Shown here: positions 1-13,080 of the stretch, piece by piece | Layout of the letters: each line of letters begins with the position of its first letter | How positions within the stretch are numbered: position 1 is the stretch's first letter | Assembly: GCA_009694135.1 (NCBI GenBank) | Contig: SHVS01000011.1 | Span: 3,972 to 67,971, forward strand | Direction: 5' to 3' | Length of the DNA stretch: 64,000 bases | Source: Alphaproteobacteria bacterium | GTDB taxonomy: Bacteria; Pseudomonadota; Alphaproteobacteria; UBA6615 | Made by a program: the position numbers and the translations under genes | The notes under the pieces: generated by a model | Database searches by the model: none | The model's input: only the letters and a program-made list of their open reading frames with translations | Told to the model about the DNA's origin: nothing

Positions 1-68
1 ACCAGCGCCTTGGGCTTGCCGCCGGCGAAGGGGGGAAGTGTCGGGCCGTTCAGAGTTGCGTTAGTCAT
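1..68 (-). CDS. 5' end of a probable phospholipase/carboxylesterase (alpha/beta hydrolase); runs off window edge
   Basis: Reverse strand from ATG at 68 reads MTNATLNGPTLPPFAGGKPKALV, resembling the N-terminus (L.GP.L.P..GG..K.LV) of alphaproteobacterial carboxylesterases. Confidence 0.55.
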   Translation of the reverse strand, partial: MTNATLNGPTLPPFAGGKPKAL

Positions 69-207
69 CGTTGGCCGCTCCGCCTTGCCAGAAACGCACC
101 GGGGTAGCCGCGCGTCATCGCGGCGTCCGTGAGCGAACGCAACATCGCTTGCTCGGTCGCCCGTGCCCTCGCATCGTCCAGCCGAGAGCAATTTGCAAGG
201 ACCGCCG

Positions 208-1056
208 ATGCCTGACATCACGCGCTTCGCCCCCAGCCCGACCGGGCGGCTGCATCTGGGACATGCCTATGCCGCCTGGTCCGCAGCCGAGGCGGCGGGC
301 GCGGCCGGGCGTTTTCTACTGCGGATCGAGGACATCGATGCAAGCCGCTGCCGGCCGGAGTTCGAGGCGGCGATTCTTGAGGATTTGGCTTGGCTCGGCC
401 TCAAGTGGCAGCAGTCGCTGCGCCGGCAGTCGGAGCATCTGGCCGAATACGCGGGCGCGCTGGGGTCGCTGCGCGCCTTGGATCTGCTCTACCCGTGCTT
501 CTGCACCCGGCGCGAGATCCAAGATGAAATCGCCCGCGCGCCTTCCGCGCCGCACGGTCCCGACGGACCGGCCTACCCTGGACGCTGCCGCGTGCTCGCT
601 CCGGTCGAGCGGGCAGCGCGCATCGCGGCGGGCGAGGCCTATGCCCTGCGCCTTGACCTGGCGGCCGCGCTTCGCCGGGTGGGCGCGTTGCGCTGGCACG
701 ACCATGACCGCGGATGGCAGGACGCGCGGCCGGAGGTTTTCGGCGACATTGTATTGGCTCGCAAAGATAGCCCGGCGAGTTATCACCTGGCGGTGGTGGT
801 CGATGACGCGGCGCAAGGCGTAACCCTGGTCACGCGCGGCGCCGACCTATTCCCGGCCACGCATCTGCATCGCCTGCTGCAGGCGCTGCTCGGCCTGCCT
901 GTGCCGGAGTGGCGGCACCACCGATTGGTGGCGGATGCACAGGGCAAGCGCTTGGCCAAGCGCGACGGCGCGACCACCCTCGCCACGTTACGCGCGGCAG
1001 GGCATAGCCCCGATGCCCTGCGCGCACTCGCCGAGCGTTCGCTTTTGCCGCTCTAA
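208..1056 (+). CDS. gluQ: tRNA glutamyl-Q(34) synthetase GluQRS
   Basis: TRFAPSPTGRLHLGH (HIGH-like), LLRIEDID, YPCFCTR, RGADL, KRLAKRD; no anticodon-binding domain; ATG at 208. Confidence 0.92.
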   Translation: MPDITRFAPSPTGRLHLGHAYAAWSAAEAAGAAGRFLLRIEDIDASRCRPEFEAAILEDLAWLGLKWQQSLRRQSEHLAEYAGALGSLRALDLLYPCFCTRREIQDEIARAPSAPHGPDGPAYPGRCRVLAPVERAARIAAGEAYALRLDLAAALRRVGALRWHDHDRGWQDARPEVFGDIVLARKDSPASYHLAVVVDDAAQGVTLVTRGADLFPATHLHRLLQALLGLPVPEWRHHRLVADAQGKRLAKRDGATTLATLRAAGHSPDALRALAERSLLPL

Positions 1057-1880
1057 AACCCGCGCGCCAGGGCCCAGGCGGCCAGCCCCGGCACCATGGC
1101 CAAGCCGGCGACCAAAATCGGGCGCAGCAGGCGCATGGCGCTGTGCATCGGCAGCAGCGCGTCGATAGCCTGCGGCGCGAGCAAGGCCAGGAATACGATG
1201 GCGAGCGCCGCCCGGCTGCTGTCTTCGAACAGCGCAAGCTGGGTGGCGATGGCGACCAGCACTCCGCCGCCCCCCAGCACGGCGACGGCGGAAAACTCGT
1301 GGCGCGGGCGCGGCCAATTCCACAGCGCGAAACCCCCGGTCGCCGCCGCCAGCGCTCCGGCCAGTTGAGCGAGCGCGCCCGACCCGGCGTGGAAGGCGAG
1401 CGCGGCCGTGCTCGCCGCCGCGACCACCAGCGCCGCAGCGCTTGCGGCCACGCCGTCGCTGGCCGCTTGCAGCCGGGGCAGGCTGAGGCCGGCGATGGTC
1501 GCCACCGCACCGAGGATGAGCCAGGACTCGATCCGGAATGCGGCAATGCCGCGCCAGCCGAGCCACAGCGCGGTAGCGCCGGCGAGGGTGGACGCAACCG
1601 GCCAGGGCGCGCCGAGTCGGGCGACATCGCAGCCGATGCCGAGGAGCAAAGCGGCGCTGGCGATATAGGGGAGCTTTTGCAGGGCCGGCATCTCCAGGCT
1701 CGGCGGAAAGCCGGGCCAGCCGAGGATCACGGCATAGCCGGCGAGGAAGCCTGCCGCGAGTGCCGCTCCGGCCAGCCGCGGACCGGCGAATGCGGCTAGA
1801 AGTCCGGCCAGCAGGACAGCGACCGCGAGCGCCGGCAGGATCGCCTCGAGCGCAAGTTTTTGCTGCAAAAAGCTCAGCAA
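1053..1880 (-). CDS. hypothetical multi-pass membrane protein
   Basis: 275-aa ORF with many hydrophobic Ala/Leu/Gly segments; TTG start; 4-nt convergent overlap with gluQ. Confidence 0.7.
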   Translation of the reverse strand: MLSFLQQKLALEAILPALAVAVLLAGLLAAFAGPRLAGAALAAGFLAGYAVILGWPGFPPSLEMPALQKLPYIASAALLLGIGCDVARLGAPWPVASTLAGATALWLGWRGIAAFRIESWLILGAVATIAGLSLPRLQAASDGVAASAAALVVAAASTAALAFHAGSGALAQLAGALAAATGGFALWNWPRPRHEFSAVAVLGGGGVLVAIATQLALFEDSSRAALAIVFLALLAPQAIDALLPMHSAMRLLRPILVAGLAMVPGLAAWALARGF

Positions 1881-2126
1881 AATGCACGCCTTTGCTGTAT
1901 CTGTGCGGGCTTAAGTGTTCCGCAATCCCGGTCGAGCATAGTGCCCGCGTTCCGGCACCGCAGGATGCGTTGCCGGCGCATCGGCGGGCGCCAGGCAGGC
2001 TGCCCGTTGGAGCGCCGGGCGGCAGGACGCGATATTCCCTGGCGCTCCACTTGTCCCCTCTCCACCGGCTGGAACCCGCTGCCGTTTCTCTGGGCAGCGG
2101 CGTTCCGCCCGGTTATACCAGCCGGC

Positions 2127-2327
2127 ATGAAATCCCTTCTTCCGATCATTCTGATCGTCGCGATGGTGGCGGTGCTGGTGGTGCTGCTGGTCGGCATCGT
2201 CAGCATGCTGCGCGGCGGCGAGTTCAACCGCAAGTTCGGCAATAAGCTGATGCGCGCGCGCGTCGCGCTGCAATTTATCGCGCTGCTGATCCTTCTGGCG
2301 CTAATCCTCGCCTCGCGGATGACGTAA
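2127..2327 (+). CDS. twin transmembrane helix small protein (HIG1-like)
   Basis: MKSLLPIILIVAMVAVLVVLLVGIVSMLRGGEFNRKFGNKLMRARVALQ; typical position before the PduO-type gene and etfB. Confidence 0.88.
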   Translation: MKSLLPIILIVAMVAVLVVLLVGIVSMLRGGEFNRKFGNKLMRARVALQFIALLILLALILASRMT

Positions 2328-2331
2328 GCCG

Positions 2332-2901
2332 ATGGTGCGCCTGGACCGCATCACCACGCGGGGCGGCGACGGCGGCGAAACCTCGCTTGGCAGCGGCCGG
2401 CGCGTGCCCAAGCATCACCCAAGGATAGAAGCGCTCGGCGACATCGACGAGGCCAACAGCGCCATCGGGTTGGTCCGCCTGCACACGGTCGCCGATCCCG
2501 ATGCCGACGCGATGCTGGCGCGAATTCAGAACGATCTGTTCGACCTCGGCGCCGATCTATGCCTACCGGAGGCCGAGCAGCGGCGCGCCAGCGCCCTCAG
2601 GCTCTCCGCTAATCAGACTCTCCGCCTGGAAGCAGAGAGCGCGGCGATGAACGCGAGCTTGCCGCCGCTCAAGTCGTTCGTATTGCCCGGCGGAACCCCG
2701 GCTGCGGCCGCTCTGCACTTGGCGCGAGCCATCCTGCGCCGCGCCGAGCGCCGGCTGACGGCGCTCTGTGCCGCCGAACCGCTCGGCGCACCCGTGCTGC
2801 CCTATATCAATCGCCTGTCCGACCATTTGTTTATCTTGGCCCGCAGGCTGAATGACGGCGGCAAGGGCGACGTTTTGTGGCGGCCGGGGGAAAATCGCTG
2901 A
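2332..2901 (+). CDS. PduO-type cob(I)alamin adenosyltransferase
   Basis: ITTRGGDGGETSL, IQNDLFDLGADL, SFVLPGG, RRAERR, YINRLSDHLF motifs. Confidence 0.92.
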   Translation: MVRLDRITTRGGDGGETSLGSGRRVPKHHPRIEALGDIDEANSAIGLVRLHTVADPDADAMLARIQNDLFDLGADLCLPEAEQRRASALRLSANQTLRLEAESAAMNASLPPLKSFVLPGGTPAAAALHLARAILRRAERRLTALCAAEPLGAPVLPYINRLSDHLFILARRLNDGGKGDVLWRPGENR

Positions 2902-2905
2902 GCGC

Positions 2906-3655
2906 ATGAAGATCCTCGTCAGCGTCAAGCGGGTAATCGATGCCACGGTGAAGATCCGTCTCCGCGCCGACGGCGCTGGGGTTGAGACAGCCGGGGTTAA
3001 ATTTTCGATCAACCCATTCGACGAAATTGCATTGGAAGAAGCCGTGCGGCTGAAGGAGCGCGGCATTGCCAGCGAAGTTCTGGCCGTGTCGATGGGCGCG
3101 GCTGCCTGCCAGGAAACGCTGCGCCATGCGCTCGCCCTTGGCGCCGATCGCGCCGTGCTGGTCGAGAGCGACGCGATCCTGGAGCCGCTGACGGTCGCGA
3201 AGCTGCTGGCGGCGCTCACCCGGCGCGAGTCGCCCGGCCTGGTGCTGATGGGCAAGCAGGCGATCGACGGCGACGAGAACCAATGCGGGCAGATGCTCGC
3301 CGGGCTGCTCGACTGGCCGCAGGCGAGTTTCGCCTCGAAGCTCGAACTCAAGGATGGGCGGGCTTTGGTGGCGCGCGAGACCGAGCAGGGGATTGAGCGA
3401 CTCGACCTGCCGCTGCCGGCGGTCGTCACCGCCGATCTGCGCCTCAACACCCCGCGCTTCGCCACGCTGCCGAAGATCATGCAGGCGCGTAAAAAGCCGA
3501 TCGAGCGTCTTGATCCGGCCGCGCTCGGAGTCGATCCGACGCCGCGGCTCGAAGTGCTCAAGCTCGAAGCGCCGCCGGCGCGGAGGGCCGGCCGGATGGT
3601 CGATAGCGTGGCGGCGCTGGTCGAAGCCCTGCGCACCGAGGCCCGCGTTTTGTGA
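2906..3655 (+). CDS. etfB: electron transfer flavoprotein beta subunit
   Basis: MKILVSVKRVID, INPFDEIALEEA, GKQAIDGD, DLRLNTPRFATLP. Confidence 0.95.
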   Translation: MKILVSVKRVIDATVKIRLRADGAGVETAGVKFSINPFDEIALEEAVRLKERGIASEVLAVSMGAAACQETLRHALALGADRAVLVESDAILEPLTVAKLLAALTRRESPGLVLMGKQAIDGDENQCGQMLAGLLDWPQASFASKLELKDGRALVARETEQGIERLDLPLPAVVTADLRLNTPRFATLPKIMQARKKPIERLDPAALGVDPTPRLEVLKLEAPPARRAGRMVDSVAALVEALRTEARVL

Positions 3656-4617
3656 GCGAACTTCTGGTCATCGCCGAGCATGACGGGCGCGCGCTCGCCC
3701 CGGCCGTGCTCTCCACCGTTACAGCGGCGAGCGCTCTCGCGGGCCATTCCGGCGGGCGCATTACGCTGCTGGTCGCCGGGCAGGGCTGCCGCCCGGCCGC
3801 CGAGGCGGCGGCGCTGGTTGCCGGCGTCGGCCGTGTGCTGCTGGTCGAGGACCAAGCCTATGCCCAGCCGCTGGCGGAGGCCTTGGCCCCGCTGGTCGCC
3901 CGTTTAGCCAAGGATATGAGCCATGTGCTCGCCCCGGCGACCAGCTTCGGCAAGGATCTGCTGCCGCGCGCGGCCGCGCTGGCCGATGCCCAGCCGGTGG
4001 CCGACGCCGTGCGGGTGATCGACGCGCGGACCCTCGTGCGGCCGATCTATGCCGGCAATCTGTTGCAGACCGTGCGCGTTAAAGCCGGCTGCGTCTTCGC
4101 CACCATCCGGCCGAGCGCCTTCGCGCCGGCGGGCGTGGGGGCGAAGGCCGCGCCGATCGAGGCTGTTGGAGCGGAGCCGGTCGCGCTGCGTACGCGTACC
4201 CTTGGGTGTGAGGCGGGCGCCTCCTCCGGGGTCGATCTTGGCCGCGCGCGCGTGGTTCTCGCGGGCGGGCGCGGCATGGGCTCGGCCGAAGGGTTCAAGC
4301 GCCTGGAGCCGCTGGCGAAGCGCCTGGGGGCGGCGCTGGCCGCCACCCGTGCTGCCGTCGATGCCGGCTATGCGCCCAACGAATGGCAGGTCGGGCAGAC
4401 CGGGCGGATCGTCGCTCCGGAGCTTTACATTGCATTCGGCATCTCGGGAGCGATACAGCATCTGGCCGGGATAAAGGACAGCAAGACCGTGGTCGCGATT
4501 AATAAGGACGTGTCCGCCCCGATCTTCGCGGCGGCCGACTATGGCCTGGTGATGGACCTGTTCCAGGCGCTGCCCGAGCTCGAGGCGGCACTGGCCGACG
4601 ATAACTCAGGAGCGTGA
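3652..4617 (+). CDS. etfA: electron transfer flavoprotein alpha subunit
   Basis: [51 protein letters not shown] overlap with etfB. Confidence 0.95.
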   Translation: MSELLVIAEHDGRALAPAVLSTVTAASALAGHSGGRITLLVAGQGCRPAAEAAALVAGVGRVLLVEDQAYAQPLAEALAPLVARLAKDMSHVLAPATSFGKDLLPRAAALADAQPVADAVRVIDARTLVRPIYAGNLLQTVRVKAGCVFATIRPSAFAPAGVGAKAAPIEAVGAEPVALRTRTLGCEAGASSGVDLGRARVVLAGGRGMGSAEGFKRLEPLAKRLGAALAATRAAVDAGYAPNEWQVGQTGRIVAPELYIAFGISGAIQHLAGIKDSKTVVAINKDVSAPIFAAADYGLVMDLFQALPELEAALADDNSGA

Positions 4618-4621
4618 AGGC

Positions 4622-5494
4622 ATGATTCGTTCAATCGGCGTGATCGGCGCTGGGCAGATGGGCAACGGCATCGCCCATGTCGCGGCGCTTGCCGGCTTCG
4701 ACGTCAAGCTGGTGGACAGCAACGCGAAGCAGTTGGCGAAATCGCGCGACACGATTGCCGGCAACATGAGCCGTCAGGCGAAGCGCGGAAAGGTCACCGA
4801 AAAGGCGACCGCCGACGCCATGGCGCGCATCCAAACCGGCGCCGACTATGCGCTGGTCAAGGATTGCGACGTGGTGATCGAGGCGGCGACCGAGAGCGAG
4901 GCCGTCAAGGGCGAGATCTACAAATCGGTCTGCGCCACCTTGAAGAAAGACGCGATCCTCGCCACCAATACCTCGTCGATCCCGATCACACGGCTGGCGG
5001 CCAAGACCGACCGCCCGGCCAAGTTCATCGGCATGCATTTCATGAACCCGGTGCCGCTGATGCAGCTCGTCGAGCTGATCCGTGGCCTGGCGACCGACGA
5101 CGCGACTTTTAATACGATCCGCGAGCTGGCCGAGAAGCTGGGCAAGACCACGGCGGTCGCCGCCGACTTCCCCGCCTTCATCGTCAACCGCATTCTGATG
5201 CCGATGATCAACGAGGCGGTCTACACCCTCTACGAGGGTGTGGGCTCGGTCGAGGCGATCGACAACTCGATGAAGCTCGGCGCGCATCACCCGATGGGAC
5301 CGCTGGAGCTGGCCGATTTCATCGGCCTCGATGTCTGCTTCTCGGTCATGCAGGTGCTGCATGACGGCTTGGCCGACAGCAAATACCGGCCCTGTCCGCT
5401 CTTGGCGAAATACGTCGAGGCCGGCTGGCTCGGCCGCAAGACCGGCCGCGGCTTCTATGACTACTCGGGCGAGAAGCCAGTGCCGACGAGGTAG
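4622..5494 (+). CDS. hbd: 3-hydroxybutyryl-CoA dehydrogenase
   Basis: [13 protein letters not shown]ossmann motif, [35 protein letters not shown]. Confidence 0.92.
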   Translation: MIRSIGVIGAGQMGNGIAHVAALAGFDVKLVDSNAKQLAKSRDTIAGNMSRQAKRGKVTEKATADAMARIQTGADYALVKDCDVVIEAATESEAVKGEIYKSVCATLKKDAILATNTSSIPITRLAAKTDRPAKFIGMHFMNPVPLMQLVELIRGLATDDATFNTIRELAEKLGKTTAVAADFPAFIVNRILMPMINEAVYTLYEGVGSVEAIDNSMKLGAHHPMGPLELADFIGLDVCFSVMQVLHDGLADSKYRPCPLLAKYVEAGWLGRKTGRGFYDYSGEKPVPTR

Positions 5495-5511
5495 GCGTAG
5501 CGGGTGGCTCT

Positions 5512-5946
5512 TTATTTTCGACGCATTAATAAGGGGAAAGCTATTTTCTCATAATAAACTGCTGCAAGCGTCGCCATTAGCGTTTCGTCTTGGTGTGTCT
5601 TGCACCTGCCAACGATCCACTTGAGCCATAAGTTTAAGCTCAACCTTTCTCCACCTATATTTATTGGTCCCAAACCATTTTGGTCACCCAACAAATTTCT
5701 AATATCACTCTCTTTCCCTTCCAAATAACCGAACACGAACGCTTCATGAGCAGTGACCGGGGTGAATGCTGTAATCTGCTGTTCATATTCTCCAGCGATG
5801 GCAGTACAACGATCAATGTATGGTGTCACAAGTGCAGTTTGAGCGCCTGCGCCAGACGTGGGCGTTAGCGTAAGACAACAACCCGCCACCAAAGTATTGA
5901 ACAAATTATTTCTCTGATTTTGCATTGGCATGGGCGTCAACCTCAA
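5512..5946 (-). CDS. low-GC hypothetical, probably secreted protein (start uncertain)
   Basis: 144-aa ORF filling an AT-rich segment (line 5521-5580 is 24/60 GC); signal-like segment ending AGA-Q. Confidence 0.55.
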   Translation of the reverse strand: MRLTPMPMQNQRNNLFNTLVAGCCLTLTPTSGAGAQTALVTPYIDRCTAIAGEYEQQITAFTPVTAHEAFVFGYLEGKESDIRNLLGDQNGLGPINIGGERLSLNLWLKWIVGRCKTHQDETLMATLAAVYYEKIAFPLLMRRK

Positions 5947-6017
5947 CCATTGCGGGTGCGTTTGCTGACCTAGTATGGAGCGTTACACGTGAATTCGTTC
6001 TGCTTACAATAACTTAA

Positions 6018-6575
6018 CTATTGCAGGAAATGCCTTATGAGAGCGAGGGCGTCGGGCTGGTCCCAGGCCGCGTCGCCTTCCAGCCGGCCGATCTCGTTGC
6101 CCTGGGGATCGATCAGGACTGTCGTCGGCAGGCCGTGACCGTCGAAGGCGCGGAACAGGGCGAGCGGCGGATCGCGATAGCTCGGCATCTTGGGCAGGCC
6201 GATCTTGGTCAGAAACCGGCGCACCTCGTCGGCCTCGCCGCGGTCTTCGCTGACCAGCACCACCTGGAACTTGTCCGAACCGAGCGCGGTCTGGAGCCGT
6301 TCAAGCGACGGCAGCTCATGCACGCAGGGCACGCACCAGGTCGCCCAGAAATTGACCAGCAGCAGCTTGCCGCGCAGCGCCGCCAAGGTGACCGGCTTGC
6401 CGGCGGGGTCGATAAATCGCGTGCTCGGCGCTGGCCGCTGCCCGTTCGCGAGGCTAAACTTGGCGACCGAGCCGGCCAGCGGCGGCTCGGCGCCCATGAC
6501 CGGGGTGCCGAGCAGACACGCGAGGCCGCCCGCCGCCGCAAGGGTGATGAAGCCAGCTAGCAACCCGCGCCGCAT
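6018..6575 (-). CDS. tlpA: TlpA-family thiol:disulfide oxidoreductase
   Basis: N-terminal TM anchor, VNFWATWCVPC, GLPTTVLID; divergent from argH. Confidence 0.9.
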   Translation of the reverse strand: MRRGLLAGFITLAAAGGLACLLGTPVMGAEPPLAGSVAKFSLANGQRPAPSTRFIDPAGKPVTLAALRGKLLLVNFWATWCVPCVHELPSLERLQTALGSDKFQVVLVSEDRGEADEVRRFLTKIGLPKMPSYRDPPLALFRAFDGHGLPTTVLIDPQGNEIGRLEGDAAWDQPDALALIRHFLQ

Positions 6576-6611
6576 GTTTCGCACCCATGAATGAGGCCCA
6601 TCGAGCCCCGC

Positions 6612-8054
6612 ATGACCGACCGTAGCAAGAAGCCAAGCAGCAAACGCGCCTCCCGAACTTCAGCCAAGCCGTCCAAGGCCAACCCGCTGTGGGGCGGACG
6701 CTTCGCCGCCGGCCCGGCGGCGGTGATGGAGCGTATCAATGCCTCGATCGGCTTCGACCGCCGACTCTACGCTCAGGATATCAGGGCAAGCAAAGCGCAT
6801 GCGGCGATGTTGGCGGCGGAGGGGATCATCGCCAAGCCCGACGCCAAGGCCATCGCCGCGGGGCTTGATCGCATCGAGGCGGAGATCGTCGCGGGCAAGT
6901 TTGAATTCAAGGTCGCGCTCGAAGACATTCACATGAATGTCGAGGCGCGGCTGTTCGAGCTGATCGGCGAGCCGGCGCGCCGTCTGCACACCGCCCGCTC
7001 GCGCAACGACCAGGTGGCGACCGACCTCAAGCTCTGGGTCAGGGACGCGATCGACGGGATCGACGCGCAAATCAAGGCGCTGCAGGCGGCGCTGATCCAC
7101 CGCGCCGAGGAACACGCCGCGTTGCTCATGCCCGGATTCACGCACATGCAGGCCGCGCAGCCGATCACCTTCGGCCATCACCTTTTGGCCTATGTCGAGA
7201 TGCTCGGCCGTGACCGCTCGCGTTTCGCCGATGCGCGCAAACGCATGAACGAAATACCTCTCGGCGCGGCGGCGCTGGCCGGAACCTCATTTCCGATCGA
7301 CCGCAAGGCGACGGCCAAGGCGCTCGGCTTCGACCGGCCGGCCGCCAACTCGCTCGACGCCGTCTCCGACCGCGATTTCGTGGTCGAGTTCCTGGCCGCG
7401 GCCTCGCTCTGCGCGGTGCATCTGTCGCGGCTGGGGGAGGAAATCGTGCTCTGGGCCAGCCCGGGCATGGGGTTCATCACCCTCAGCGACGCCTACACCA
7501 CCGGCAGCTCGATCATGCCGCAGAAGCGCAACCCCGATGCGGCCGAACTGGCGCGCGCGAAAGTGGGGCGCATCGTTGGCGCGCTGACGTCGCTGCTGAT
7601 CGTGCTCAAGGGCCTGCCGCTCGCCTATGCCAAGGATCTGCAAGAGGACAAGGAGCCGCTGTTCGATGCCGCCGATAGCCTGTCGCTCGCGCTGGCGGCC
7701 ATGGAGGGCATGATCCGCGACCTGCGCCCGAACGCCGAGCGGATGCGGGCGGCGGCGGAAGCCGGCTATTCGACCGCGACCGATCTGGCGGATTGGCTGG
7801 TGCGGCGCCTGTCGCTGCCGTTCCGCCGCGCGCATGAGGTGACCGGCAAGATCGTGCGCCTGGCCGAGGCGAAGGGCTGCGCGCTCGCCGACCTGCCGCT
7901 CGACGCGCTGCGCGCCATCGAGCCTGGGATTGACCGCGCGGTCTATGATAGTCTCGGTATCGACTCCTCGGTCGCCAGCCGCAGGAGCGAAGGCGGCACC
8001 GCACCCGAGCGTGTGCGTGCGGCGGCGAACAAGGCGAGGGAGCGCTTCCTATGA
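6612..8054 (+). CDS. argH: argininosuccinate lyase
   Basis: [39 protein letters not shown]. Confidence 0.97.
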   Translation: MTDRSKKPSSKRASRTSAKPSKANPLWGGRFAAGPAAVMERINASIGFDRRLYAQDIRASKAHAAMLAAEGIIAKPDAKAIAAGLDRIEAEIVAGKFEFKVALEDIHMNVEARLFELIGEPARRLHTARSRNDQVATDLKLWVRDAIDGIDAQIKALQAALIHRAEEHAALLMPGFTHMQAAQPITFGHHLLAYVEMLGRDRSRFADARKRMNEIPLGAAALAGTSFPIDRKATAKALGFDRPAANSLDAVSDRDFVVEFLAAASLCAVHLSRLGEEIVLWASPGMGFITLSDAYTTGSSIMPQKRNPDAAELARAKVGRIVGALTSLLIVLKGLPLAYAKDLQEDKEPLFDAADSLSLALAAMEGMIRDLRPNAERMRAAAEAGYSTATDLADWLVRRLSLPFRRAHEVTGKIVRLAEAKGCALADLPLDALRAIEPGIDRAVYDSLGIDSSVASRRSEGGTAPERVRAAANKARERFL

Positions 8055-8194
8055 GCGGATGGCGGAGAGCGTCGGCGATTGTGAGCCTGGTCTTGGCCGC
8101 GCTGCTGGTGTTGTCGGCGTGCGGCCGGCGCGGCGACCTCGATGCTCCGCTCGGGCAAGAGGATACCAGCAGACGCATCTACCCGGCGCTATGA
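8051..8194 (+). CDS. small lipoprotein, LptM/LppL-like (47 aa; absent from ORF track)
   Basis: [33 protein letters not shown]: lipobox LSAC then CG.RG.L..P; ATGA overlaps with both argH and lysA. Confidence 0.85.
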   Translation: MSGWRRASAIVSLVLAALLVLSACGRRGDLDAPLGQEDTSRRIYPAL

Positions 8195-9477
8195 GCGCCT
8201 TCGCCTATCGGAGCGGTGCGCTTTTCGCCGAATCCGTGCCGCTCGCGCGCATCGCCGCCGAAGTGGGCACCCCGGCCTATGTCTATTCGAGCGGGGCGCT
8301 GGAGAGCGCCTGGCGCGGCTTCGCCGATGCGCTCGCTGGCATGAAGGTGACGATCTGTTTTGCGCTCAAAGCGAACTCCAACCTTGCAGTGATTCGCACT
8401 TTCGCTCTTCAGGGCGCCGGCGCCGACGTGGTCTCGGCCGGCGAATTAGAGCGCGCGCTCGCCGCCGGGGTGCCGGCGGATAAGATCGTCTATTCCGGCG
8501 TCGGCAAGACCGAGGCCGAGATGGCGGCGGCTCTGGCCGCTGGGATCATGCAGTTCAACGTCGAATCCGAGCCAGAACTTGCGGCTTTGTCGAAAGTCGC
8601 CGCGGGGCGAGGGCAAGTGGCCTCCATCGCGTTGCGCATGAACCCCGATGTCGACGCCCAGACCCACGCCAAGATCACGACCGGCCGCGCGCACAATAAA
8701 TTTGGCATCGCGGCCGAGCGGATTCCTGCGGTCTATGCCCATGCGAGCAAGCTGCCGGGGATCAAGCCGGTCGGGCTGGCGGTGCATATCGGCAGCCAAT
8801 TGACCGACTTGGAACCCTTTCGGCTCGCGTTCCGGCGGACGGCGGAAACCGTCCGCGCGCTGCGGGCCGCGGGACTGAACGTGCGGCGGCTCGACCTTGG
8901 GGGTGGGCTTGGCGTGACTTATCGCGCCGAGGTTCCGCTGCGCCCGGCCGACTATGCCGCCGTGCTGCGCGCCGCAACCCAGGGGCTCGACTGCACCCTG
9001 GTGATCGAGCCGGGACGCGCGCTGGTCGCCGAGGCCGGGGTGCTGCTCACCCGCGTGATCTATGTGAAGGACGCGGACGGCAAGGAGGGCGGTCGCCGCT
9101 TCGTGATCATCGATGCGGCGATGAACGATCTCATCCGCCCGATGCTGTATGACGCCTGGCACCCTGTGCGGCCGGTCACGGAGCCTGCCAGCGGGGCGCC
9201 GCTTGCGGTCGTGGACCTAGTCGGCCCGATCTGTGAGTCCGGCGACACTTTCGCCCTGGATCGGCCAATGCCGCCAATTTCCGCAGGCGATTTGCTGGTC
9301 ATTGAGGCGGCTGGAGCCTATGGTGCGGTGATGGCTTCGGGCTATAATAGCCGGCCTTTGGTTCCCGAAGTCATGGTCAAGGGTGGCGAATACGCCGTGG
9401 TGCGGCCGCGCCAGCCTATTTTGGACGTGATTGGACAGGAACGGCTGCCTGAGTGGCTGCATGCCGGACCGCCGTAA
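8191..9477 (+). CDS. lysA: diaminopimelate decarboxylase
   Basis: GTPAYVYS, FALKANSN, HIGSQ, DLGGGLG, IEPGR, GPICESGD, YNSRP. Confidence 0.96.
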   Translation: MSAFAYRSGALFAESVPLARIAAEVGTPAYVYSSGALESAWRGFADALAGMKVTICFALKANSNLAVIRTFALQGAGADVVSAGELERALAAGVPADKIVYSGVGKTEAEMAAALAAGIMQFNVESEPELAALSKVAAGRGQVASIALRMNPDVDAQTHAKITTGRAHNKFGIAAERIPAVYAHASKLPGIKPVGLAVHIGSQLTDLEPFRLAFRRTAETVRALRAAGLNVRRLDLGGGLGVTYRAEVPLRPADYAAVLRAATQGLDCTLVIEPGRALVAEAGVLLTRVIYVKDADGKEGGRRFVIIDAAMNDLIRPMLYDAWHPVRPVTEPASGAPLAVVDLVGPICESGDTFALDRPMPPISAGDLLVIEAAGAYGAVMASGYNSRPLVPEVMVKGGEYAVVRPRQPILDVIGQERLPEWLHAGPP

Positions 9478-9488
9478 CGAGGTGTCAG

Positions 9489-12044
<2,556 letters not shown>

Positions 12045-12049
12045 TTCTC

Positions 12050-13060
12050 ATGATCGCCCGCCGCACGGCTCTTGGGCTCCTCGCCGGCGGTGCGCTTGCC
12101 CCGCGCTTCGCGCGCGCTCAGCAGCAAAGCCGCGTCATGCGGGTCGCGGTCGCCGGCTCCGCGTTTGCGACGCTCGACGAGATGGCCGAGGCCGGGCATC
12201 CGTACTACGCCGCCCTGGTGCGCGAATTGCGCCGCCTGGGTTGGGTCGAGGGCCGCAATCTCAGGCTCGACCGCTGGCCGCTCGGCAATCGTGCGATTGC
12301 CGAATACGCGCCTGTGGCGAAACAGATCGCCGGAACCGAGCCGGATGCGATCTTCGCCGCCGGCAGGCTTCCGGCACTAGCGTTGAAGGCGTCGTCGTCG
12401 AGCATCCCCATCATCTTTGTCGCATCGACACCCGTCGAATCGGGCTTGGCAAAAAGCCTCGATCAACCGGGTAGAAACGCGACCGGCGTATCGCAGGACG
12501 CGAGCCCCGAATTTCTGCAGATGCGCTTGCAGCTGTTGAAGGAAATAACGGGTGGAGCGAGTAAGTTCGCCTATCTCGGGCGCGGCGAAACATTGGCCGA
12601 CCAGTTGGATCGCCAGGTAATAGCCAGCAAGGCGCTTGGCGTGCGGCTCTTCGGCGTTGAAATTTCCGAGACGCCAAATGAAACCGAACTGCGGACCGCT
12701 CTGTCGCAGGCGGCGGATTTGCGGGCGCAGGCGCTGCTCCTGGCGACCGCGCAGCTGACCTCGCCCCGGATGGCGCGGATGATGGCCGATTGGGCTTATC
12801 AGGCACGCTTGCCGGTGATGTGCGCGCAGCGCGAGCTTGTCCAAGCTGGGGTGCTCATGAGCTATGACGCCGATGCCTTGGACTTGTATCGCGAAGCCGC
12901 CCGTTATCTTGATCGCGTGCTGAGGGGTGCGAAACCGGCGGAGATGCCGATCCAGCTGCCGTCCCGTTTCACCTGCGTCGTCAATCTTAGGACCGCTCGG
13001 GCGCTCGACCTCGAGGTGTCGTCGACGATGCGTGGCTTCGTCACCGACTACGTTGAGTAG
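12050..13060 (+). CDS. orphan ABC transporter substrate-binding protein (ABC_sub_bind type), Tat-like signal
   Basis: MIARRTALGLL, LGWVEGRNL, SLDQPGRNATG, YLDRVLRGAKPAEMPIQLP..F..VVNLRTARAL. Confidence 0.85.
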   Translation: MIARRTALGLLAGGALAPRFARAQQQSRVMRVAVAGSAFATLDEMAEAGHPYYAALVRELRRLGWVEGRNLRLDRWPLGNRAIAEYAPVAKQIAGTEPDAIFAAGRLPALALKASSSSIPIIFVASTPVESGLAKSLDQPGRNATGVSQDASPEFLQMRLQLLKEITGGASKFAYLGRGETLADQLDRQVIASKALGVRLFGVEISETPNETELRTALSQAADLRAQALLLATAQLTSPRMARMMADWAYQARLPVMCAQRELVQAGVLMSYDADALDLYREAARYLDRVLRGAKPAEMPIQLPSRFTCVVNLRTARALDLEVSSTMRGFVTDYVE

Positions 13061-13080
13061 GCGGCCAGGGGCCGCCCATT

